Positions 51,601 through 57,900 of a DNA stretch of 64,000 bases are shown here, in pieces. Position 1 is the first letter of the stretch. Every line of letters begins with the position of its first letter. The notes beneath the pieces were generated by a model, which saw nothing but the letters and a program-made list of their open reading frames with translations, was not told where the DNA came from and ran no database searches. Origin of the DNA: Cyanobacteria bacterium P01_F01_bin.150 (GTDB lineage: Bacteria; Cyanobacteriota; Cyanobacteriia; CAKZMO01); assembly GCA_039189765.1 (NCBI GenBank), contig JBCCYL010000001.1, positions 32,001 to 96,000 of the forward strand, written 5' to 3'. A program made the translations under genes and the position numbers.

Positions 51601-54600
51601 GCATCCAAGTGCATAAATATGCTGGGAATCATATACGCTGGCAAAGATTCTGCCAGAAACTCACGCAACTCTGTGGGTTTTAGATTTTGGACTTTAGATT
51701 TTGGAGTTTTGGGAGAGGATCGGGGAGTTGGGGAGTTAGAGAGTTGGGGAGTTGAGGAGTTAGAGAGTTGTGGAGTTGAGGAGTTAGAGAGTTGAAGCGA
51801 TTCTGCTTCTGCCTTCTGCCTTCTGCCTTCTGCCTTAAATTCTGCCTTCTGCCTTCTGCCTTCTGCCTTAAATTCTGCCTTTACTTCTCCTTCTGGTACA
51901 AAATACGCCACCAGCATCGGATCGGTATCCTGCGATTGCACGACCACCACCGCTTGCTGCACTTGGGGATGATGGCTGAGAGCTACCTCAATTTCACCCA
52001 GCTCAATTCGAAATCCTCGCAGCTTTATTTGAAAATCGAGCCGTTCGAGGTATTCTAGGGTGCCATCTGGACGATAACGAACGCGATCGCCCGTTTTGTA
52101 AAATCTGGAGATACTAGCGTCAAGAGAACGGGATTCCGCGATCAGATCCCGGGGTTCTTTATAATCATCTTTGCTACGAGCTAATGTTTGGATAGAACCC
52201 CGGGATCTCTGCCCCCCGGGATCCAATACAAAGCGATCGACCGTCAGCTCCGGTCGATTCAAGTACCCGATCGCCACTCCCGCACCGCCGATATATAGCT
52301 CTCCAGGAACTCCCACTGGAACAGGCTGTTGATACTGATTAAGGACTTTTATATCCGTGTTAGCGATCGCTCTCCCAATCGGCACCGCCGTTCCTTCCAC
52401 ATCCGCTGCCGTAACTTGGTGACATAGCGACCAAACAGTAGTTTCCGTGGGTCCATACATATTCCAGAGCGATTGACTCTTACCCAATAGTTCCGCAGCC
52501 AAGGGTGTATCCAAGGCTTCACCACCGCACAGTATTCGCAGGTTTGATTTTCCGTTCCAGGCGTTTGCCAACAGCAGTCGCCAAGTGGCTGGGGTTGCCT
52601 GCATTACGGTGATGTCATGGTCATTTAGCAATGTTTTGAGGCGATTGCCATCCCGCACATCATTCTGGGAGGCAATTACTATCTGACCACCGCATACTAG
52701 CGGTAAGAAAAGCTCTAATCCTGCAATATCAAAGGAAGGAGTTGTTACCGCAAGAAGGCGATCGCCCGCATCAAATCCCGGTACCTCTGCCATTGATTGT
52801 AGAAAATTAATCAGAGCATGGTGGGGAATTTGCACTCCTTTTGGTTTGCCTGTTGAACCGGAGGTGTAGATGGTGTAGGCGATTTTGGATTTTGGAGGGG
52901 GAGTTGGGGAGTTGGAGAGTTGGAGAGTTAGAGAGTTAGAGAGTTGGGGAGTGGATGTCGGATAACGGCGAATTACATCTGTATCAATATTAATACATTG
53001 CAACGCACCCTTAAACTCCTGAACTCCTAAACCCCCAAACTCCTGAACCCTTGAACTCTTAAACTCCTGAACAAGGGTTTTGATACCCGCATCCTCGATC
53101 ACATAGTTAATTCGATCTTGAGGGTAGGTTGGATCGATGGGAACGTAAGCAGCTCCAGCTTTATGAACCGCCAATAGGGCAATAAGCATATGGGAGGAAC
53201 GTTCCAAACATACACCCACTAGCTCATTAAGCTGCACGTCCACAGATAATAGATGATGAGCAAGTTGATTGGCCTGCTGATTTAGTTCCTGATAGGTTAG
53301 CGATTGGCTATCAAACACGATCGCAACTGCATCCGGCGTTTCCTCCGCCCATTTCTCCACCCACTCATGCACCAGACGCATATACTGAGCATCTTCCGTC
53401 GCATTTTGAAAAAACTGGGCACTGTCCACCATTGCCCATTCCTGCTGCTGCCGTTGCTCTGTATCCGTCAGCAACGAGATATTTGCCAGGGTGTGGGAGG
53501 ATTGATCACTCGTCAATGCCTCAGCAAATCCAGTCAGAATGGTCTGAAGATGGCCCCAAAGCAGAGAAATAGGGAATCCGGAATCATTATTTTCACTAAA
53601 CCATTGCCCATCATAGGTTATGCGAAACGATAAACTCTCTCCTGGAATAATGGAAAGAGTAAGCGGATAGTTTGTTCGCTCAAATCCTTTTAAATCCCTA
53701 ATGGCTAGCTGACTATCCCACCCTTTCAGCACAGTCTCAATGGACATGGGATAGTTTTCAAAGACGATTAGACTATCAAATAGAGACACACCTCGGAGTA
53801 CATCACTACAGGCTTGAATATCCACCAAAGAACTGTAGGAATATTGCTCCCGTTCCCGCTGTTCAATTTGCAGCGTTTGCAGCCAGGGCACCAGTTCCGC
53901 CTCTGGAGATAGATTTACCCGTACGGGCAGTGTGTTGATAAATAGGCCAATAATTGATTCCACTTGGGGTAACGTGGGCGGACGCCCCGATACCGTTGCC
54001 CCAAATACCACCTGATTGTCACCGCTGTAGTGACTCATCAACAAACTCCATGCCCCTTGCACAAGAGTATTTAGGGTCAAGTGGTGGTGCTTGCATCCCT
54101 CCTGTAGCGTTTGGGTAATGGATGGTGAAAGACTGGCGTGATATTCAAAGTAATCTACCCCCCTTCGTCCCCCCTTGGTATTGGCGGAGCCTGTTCGTAG
54201 AACGTAGGGGGAGACTGGGGGACGGAACTGAGTTGGAGCAATAATCCCATTAAGCTGCTGTTGCCAAAAGGTTTGGGCCTGATCAACATTCTGCTGCTGG
54301 AGCCAAAGAATATAGTTTCGATAATCAGGAGAGGGAGTTAACGTAACCTGTCGTCCTTGCAAAAGGCCATCATAAACCGCCATCACGTCTCGTAAAAGCT
54401 GGGCGTTACACCATCCATCCATTAGGGCATGATGATGACTCCAAACAAATATAAAGTCTTCTTCTGCTAGTTGAATTAGCGTACAGCGCATCAGGGGCGC
54501 TTGGTCTAGGACAAATCCTTGGGCGCGATCGCCTTCCAAGTAATTTTCTAGCCTTGTCTCTAAATTTGCCTCTACTTTTGCTATTAAATCCTTATTTGAC

Positions 54601-54977
54601 TGTCTTTCTGCCCCTAATTCTCGCCAGTCCAAATAAGTCCACGGCAACACAACATCAGACAGTACTGCCTGAAGAGGCTTTTCAAATTCCTCCAGGAAAA
54701 ACGCAGTTCTTAACACCGGATAGTGATTTACTACCGCCTGCCACGCTTGCTGAAAATATGAGGGTTCAAGTGGCCCTTGTAACCGACAATAGCGCTGCTC
54801 AAAATAGACGCTAGACTCAGGTGCATAAAGAGTATGAAACACCATCCCTTGCTGCATCGGGGATAGCTCATACAAATCGGCAATACCATTACCGCTGTTG
54901 TTTTCTGCCGCATCACTGCCAAAACTATTCGGGCCAGCGCTATTTGGGAATGAGGCACTTACTGAAGTTGTCACCAT
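42699..54977 (-). CDS. NRPS: C (DCL) - A (Gly) - PCP - C - A (Val) - PCP - E - C (DCL) - A (Gly) - PCP
   Basis: 4092 aa. Codes DILQLGMVWK (Gly), DAFWLGGTFK (Val), DILQLGLIWK (Gly). C motifs HHALMDGWC, HHIIADGWS, HHLLLDGWS. E domain HHLVIDGVSW. Three GG(H/D)S carrier motifs. Confidence 0.95.
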   Translation of the reverse strand: MVTTSVSASFPNSAGPNSFGSDAAENNSGNGIADLYELSPMQQGMVFHTLYAPESSVYFEQRYCRLQGPLEPSYFQQAWQAVVNHYPVLRTAFFLEEFEKPLQAVLSDVVLPWTYLDWRELGAERQSNKDLIAKVEANLETRLENYLEGDRAQGFVLDQAPLMRCTLIQLAEEDFIFVWSHHHALMDGWCNAQLLRDVMAVYDGLLQGRQVTLTPSPDYRNYILWLQQQNVDQAQTFWQQQLNGIIAPTQFRPPVSPYVLRTGSANTKGGRRGVDYFEYHASLSPSITQTLQEGCKHHHLTLNTLVQGAWSLLMSHYSGDNQVVFGATVSGRPPTLPQVESIIGLFINTLPVRVNLSPEAELVPWLQTLQIEQREREQYSYSSLVDIQACSDVLRGVSLFDSLIVFENYPMSIETVLKGWDSQLAIRDLKGFERTNYPLTLSIIPGESLSFRITYDGQWFSENNDSGFPISLLWGHLQTILTGFAEALTSDQSSHTLANISLLTDTEQRQQQEWAMVDSAQFFQNATEDAQYMRLVHEWVEKWAEETPDAVAIVFDSQSLTYQELNQQANQLAHHLLSVDVQLNELVGVCLERSSHMLIALLAVHKAGAAYVPIDPTYPQDRINYVIEDAGIKTLVQEFKSSRVQEFGGLGVQEFKGALQCINIDTDVIRRYPTSTPQLSNSLTLQLSNSPTPPPKSKIAYTIYTSGSTGKPKGVQIPHHALINFLQSMAEVPGFDAGDRLLAVTTPSFDIAGLELFLPLVCGGQIVIASQNDVRDGNRLKTLLNDHDITVMQATPATWRLLLANAWNGKSNLRILCGGEALDTPLAAELLGKSQSLWNMYGPTETTVWSLCHQVTAADVEGTAVPIGRAIANTDIKVLNQYQQPVPVGVPGELYIGGAGVAIGYLNRPELTVDRFVLDPGGQRSRGSIQTLARSKDDYKEPRDLIAESRSLDASISRFYKTGDRVRYRPDGTLEYLERLDFQIKLRGFRIELGEIEVALSHHPQVQQAVVVVQSQDTDPMLVAYFVPEGEVKAEFKAEGRRQKAEFKAEGRRQKAEAESLQLSNSSTPQLSNSSTPQLSNSPTPRSSPKTPKSKVQNLKPTELREFLAESLPAYMIPSIFMHLDALPLTPNGKVNRRALPVPTPASVAEKNTGTKTPTQEVVIALAAIALNQTTEGIGPQDNFFDLGGHSLSATRFASQVRQAFQVELPLRQVFEQPTFGTLANVIDELIRSEVDPASLQNITPERLEPLTPQPLSFAQQRQWMLWQLEPESATYNIPLAVKITGDLDLTLLQKSLEQVVMRHQVLRSRFDIDPNTNQPIQLVLPDLAIDIATVDLSVSSQTDLQESLEESIEERLLAIAREEANQPFDLTTPPLFRVKVAYLSESEQVLLLTLHHIIADGWSMGVLVHELTAFYRAQLANAEDTNLEAVLSELPIQYGDFARWQRQWLDGDSQGSDNQDKATQNEDDSENDALEQQLDYWRSHLDQAPTLDLPTTYPRPAVRSEHGDIYSFQLSDSQTQALKALSQQAGCTLFMTVFAAFNLFLHRYSGNADIVVGTPIANRHRAEVEPLIGFFVNTLALRTDLSGNPTLADLLGQVRDITLDGYAYQDLPFEQVLDALDVERSLAYTPLFQVMFSLENRVSMAQQQDLQWTPMEQHSGTAKFDLTVVMTETDEGLEGTWEYSLDLFDVATVKQMVACFQTLLDTMPSGLERPISDLLWLPSDQQQMVMDWGTQTATDYPRTACIYELFDAQANQQCDDIALTFPSESGADQWTYEELNKQANQLAHYFQYQGVGPDVLVGVWAERSPQTIIAILAILKAGGAYVPLEPDYPFERLHLMVEDARLSLIISANQNSKLKISPTETLSEQNSKLVHLNLNAVQNEISHYPITPPFRTTTPDNLAYVMYTSGSTGTPKGVCVTHRAVVRLVKNTNYVKLDNRQVILQAAPLAFDASTFELWGAFLNGGQVVMMPQAQPSLQDFGEVITRYNVTTVWLTAGLFHVMVDEAIANFASVQQVLAGGDVLSGPHLEKLLKTYPNCRVINGYGPTEGTTFTCCHAIALEDCNPSPPIGQPISNTQVYILDEYLQPVPAGLPGELYIAGDGLARGYLNRPGLTGDRFIPNPFLKAEGRRQKAEALKRSRGSTLVSGNGQKLLEEPRDLGANSLTLYKTGDRVRFCPDGAIEYLGRLDRQVKIRGFRVELGEVEALLCQHGMIRDAVVIMQTDDYGVDRLVAYVVGDSSERPDPRVLKEPWDLLTPEIRAFLGERVPDYLVPARVVWLEYLPLTGNGKVDRRALPVVDWSDGGDQRAGETKAQPQTDAEVQLVKIWQEVLHQSDIGIDDNFFALGGDSILAIQIVSRAHQAGLSLKPKQIFQYQTIAELTAFATIPPSNDSVTIADQGIVTGLVPLTPIQNWFFAQQHPQPNHFNQAVLLAVKEHLNVVKLEEAIAHLLTHHDNLRSRFIQSAEDGVWQHELLSPEQVNVSLKAIDAAGMPEDQWQALLSATVDNVHQSLKLSTGELLRVVWFDRGDSDQDDNQASHRLLIVVHHLVIDGVSWRILLEDLQTVYQQLCLGQPVQLPPKTTSIQAWATSLQGQISRVDVQVDKDQVVAKSETKEIQSLWDSADNGTVGTAQQASVALSAEQTQALLTDVPLAYGTGMDDVLLTALAGAIAESLDVPDFKVALEGYGRESEVDVSRTVGWFTTITPLILNTYHCRVGTAHQSNTSISSKIVDALKSIKEQIRQQKQATDASDPRVLEEPWDLNPADISFNYLGQLTIAGESKLLSRALESSGQAISSDAPRPYALEIVGSITSTPQRLNSSTPQLPNASTPQLTLSWTYNPQQISTEAIESLTETFKVALVDLIEHCCSPDAGGHTPSDFPLAPLTQPTLDTMLTRLNLKQVANIYPLSPMQQGMLFHSLFTPQAGMYAIQVAFDIYSASDQDTFDSAAFEQAWQQTVHCYNSFRTVFVWDGLEQPLQVVAKDARIPVQALDWSAMSVAEQQQRLVDLEKEERSRDFPLIQPPLMRLVVIQQSPKHHHIIWTYHHLLLDGWSMPLVLKEVLTAYQEKAEGRRQKAEDGTLQLPNSSTPQLAFQNLKSKIQNPYAAYISWLMRQDQCRAEEFWREYLAGFTAPTAFRFEASGAKAKQGRVPIANQSQQLCLSETLTQQLRDLCQQQQLTLNTVVQGAFALLLSRYSGETDVVFGATSSGRSPELAGSESMVGLMMNTLPLRVAVNEHQDVISWLQALQAQHIELQQYEFSSLIDIQRWSEVPRGTPLFESVVVFENYPVEATLKDNRSTLTVENVQISEQTNLPLSLYVVAEAQLTLNALFDPSWFGHDDSETTPPFIARLLGHLQTILESFAESATDTEVSIHDIELLTAVERQLLEDWNQTQLDVDLSPTAYVNQRFEAQVNKAPEAIALTTINPLSSQSQSLTYREVDQRANQLAHYLQSLDIQPGELVGVCVERSAEMVIALLAIHKAGAAYLPIDPTYPGDRIRYMVEDAGIRTIIQQSTTQIQNSKLTIQNSITLDTDQDTISHHPITPSPKSKIQNPKSEIAYTIYTSGSTGNPKGVQISHRSLANFLHAMQDKLQLSERDTLLAVTTLSFDIAALELFLPLMVGGTVAIAPRDMTRNGAQLAEALDQHQVTVMQATPMTWRLLLASGWQGKSDLRILSGGEALDSELARQLLDYGQELWNLYGPTETTIWSAAHKIERDDVVDKTGVMSIGQAIANTTFYVLDTQLRPVPVGIPGELYIGGEGVALGYLNRPDLTSERFVEHLVPRSRGSIQTLDSSKGDYREPWDLSASVPKLYKTGDRVRYQEDGTLEYLGRLDFQVKLRGFRIELGEIEAALSQHPDVQQTIVTVYSQEANSILVAYVILKADDHQAPKSGGPTPSPSQEGNWSAPTPQLLDSPTPQLPNKNPKSKIQNSLRQFLTDKLPQHLVPSRYMVLDALPLTPNGKVDRKRLPAPDGGLAVSTAYVAPKTSIEQAIAQVWQTVLKVETVGIHDNFFDLGGHSLLVVNVHNQLKQEDFGASLTLVDLFQYPTISDLANYLSREDGPTLEEQVDRRVEKMVAGRDRLKQRRQKRSGGRE
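43567..43631. mobile_element. 65-bp inverted-repeat element inside the third A domain
   Basis: AGATCCCAGGGTTCT-N35-AGAACCCCGGGATCT. Confidence 0.75.
48496..48560. mobile_element. 65-bp inverted-repeat element inside the Val A domain
   Basis: AGATCCCGGGGTTCT-N35-AGAACCCCGGGATCT. Confidence 0.75.
52144..52208. mobile_element. 65-bp inverted-repeat element inside the first A domain
   Basis: AGATCCCGGGGTTCT-N35-AGAACCCCGGGATCT. Confidence 0.75.
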
Positions 54978-57900
54978 TTATCGTCGCCTCCTTCTCTGTC
55001 GTCCTGAAGTCTGGTTAGAACTCTGGGGAACAGAAGAGCGAGACGGTAAGCTTTGATTTGTCCCTTGGTTTGCCCCTGAGTTTGCCCCTTGGTTTGCCCC
55101 TTGGGCACTACTTTTCTGCTGATTTACTCGATTTAACACCTGGTCTAACTGCTGCTGATTTAACCGAGCAGCTTCAAAATCAGAAGGCGTGTACTCTTTT
55201 GCAGTTGCGCTATCGTTCTGCTCTAGTCGAGTCTGGCCATATCGCAGCAGCGATCGCAGCACAGACATATACCGCTGCACAAGCGGCTCAATATCCTGTT
55301 GGGCATACTGTTCTCTGCTGTAATTCCATTGTGTTTGCAATTGACCGTCCCGCACAAAGCTGTTGATTTCCAGCGCATATAGGCGGGGCATATTCGGGTC
55401 CACGGTAGTCCCTGGCGAGATATTTGAAATCCCCTTCACCATAGAGTCCGCCGCAGAACGCAAATCTAACTGGCCCAAATAATTGAACTTAATCTTGGGA
55501 GGTCGAGGCAACGTCACCGACTGACGCACATTAGTGTCAGGATGAAGATAGCGAAGCAACCCGTACCCTGTACCATTTTTAGGAATCTGACGGAGCTGTT
55601 CCTTAACTGACTTTAAAGCGTCTCCGGGTTGTCCTCCTCGATTTAGCGTCAGCATCACTGGAAATATGGACGTAAACCATCCCACCGTCCGCGATACATC
55701 CAGCCCTAAATTATGACTGTCATTGATGTGATCGAAAACATCACGTCCGTATCCTTCCAAATCAATAACTAAAGAATCCGATTGCCCTAGGCCTATCGTC
55801 TGACTCCATTCCATCGAACGTCCTAACGTCTGTACTAAAGCTGTCAGCATCACCTCGTCCACACGGGTATTAAATACAGACGGCATTTGGGTCAAAAGAT
55901 TCTGAGTCTCGACGTTATCCAATGTGGCGGTTACTTGCTCCGCTGTGGATTGTAGAGGCTGCACCATTGGACTTTGAAGACTTGCATTCTGATAGGTTTG
56001 AGAAATTTCCTCCGCTAATTGCTGCCAATAGCTTCTTTGCTCAAGGATTTGTGATGATTGAGCGTGATGAACTAGCGCCTCTCCCCATGCTTGGAACGAT
56101 GTGGTTTTAGGAGGGAGAGCAATAGTCTCTGCCCCGTCTTTGCCTATCTCACTTTGATCTTTGCGATTATCCTGCTGCTGCCGATAAGCCAACTCCAAAT
56201 CCGCCAGCAATACTCGCCACGACAGTCCATCTACAACTAAATGATGAACAATAATCAATAAACAAGGCTTCTGATTTGCTCCCCTCTGGAACAATACACA
56301 GCGACACAGGCAAGCAGATAAATCGAGGCTAGCTTGGAGATCGTTAGAGAGGGCGGCGATCGCTTCCTCCTGCCCCGCCAATGGAAGCCCCGTCAAATCC
56401 TCTACCAAGAACGTATCTTCACCAGACCCAACCGTTCCGTAGGTTGGATTAGCGACAGCGTAACCCAACAGAGTGTCTTGCGCTGTAGATAGCTTTGTTG
56501 GGTTTCCTTCGTCAACCCAACCTACGTGGCTGAATCGTAATCGCAATGCATCATGGTGCTCAACCATTTCAGTCCATGCCTTAGCAAGATACTCTGTCTC
56601 AATTTCAGACTGTAGTTCCAGTAATAATGATTGGTTGTAATGATGGGGATTAGGTAGATTTTGCTCAAAGAACCAGTGATAGATCGGTAGCCACTCTTGA
56701 ACCCCTGCGATCGCCCCCTGCTCCGGCATAGCCATTTGAGACGGACCCGATTCTGCTGCCACTGCCGCCAATTCTGCCACCGTTTGATGCTGGAATAGCT
56801 GGCGCGGCGTAATCGTCAAACCCGCTTGCTTTGCTCTAGCAATAATTTGAATACTCAGGATGGAGTCTCCACCAAGTTCAAAGAAATTATCGCAAGTGCC
56901 AACTTTAACCCCTAATACCTCTGACCAGATATCAACCAATACCTTTTCAGTATCGGTCTGAGCTTCTTGTCTACTCTGGCCTGAATTGCGACTTTGAGCC
57001 TCCCAATCAGGCGTTGGTAGAGCCGTACGATCGATCTTGCCATTTGCCGTCAGTGGAAATGACTCAACAGGAACGATCGCCGCAGGAATCATGTAGGAAG
57101 GAAGACAATCCTTAAGGAAGGATTTTAGATTTTGGATTTTGGTGGAGGAGTTGGGGAGTTGGGGAGTTGGGGAGTTGGGGAGTTGGGCGTTGAGCGGTGG
57201 GACATGCCGGTCCCTCTCTTGGGATGGGTTAGGGGTGGATGGATTTTGGATGGTCTTTTGCTGAGACGCAAACGTAATGTGGGCGACCAGATGGGAACCA
57301 CGTTGATCATCGTGCTGAAGTGTGGCGATCGCCCCCTCCACCTCAGGATGACGCACCAGCGTTGCTTCAATCTCACCCAGCTCAATCCGGAAACCGCGCA
57401 GCTTAACCTGATTGTCGATTCGTCCCAGGTACTCAATCGTGCCATCTGGACGGTAAAAAGCGCGATCGCCTGTCCTGTATAAAGTTAAGGAGTTGGAGGG
57501 TTGGGGAGTTGGAGAGTTTAAATTTTGGATTTTAGATTTTGGATTCTGGACATTTTGTCCCTCTGCTCCCTTGCTCCCTTGCTCCCTTGCTCCCCTGCTC
57601 CCTTGCTCCCTTGCTCCTTCTGCCTTCTGCCTTCTGCCTTCTGCCTTTAAAAACGGATTCGGAATAAAGCGATCGCCCGTTAAATCAGGTCGATTATGAT
57701 ACCCTCGCGCCACCCCCGCGCCACCGATATAGAGTTCGCCTGGAATACCAACCGGAACTGGATTAAGGTAGCGATCAAGAATATAAAGCTGAGCATTCGC
57801 TATCGGGCGACCAATCGGTACATTGCCTGACGAACTGCTCGCTGATGAAGCCGCAGACGCATCATATACGCAGCATCCCACCACCGTTTCCGTCGGCCCA

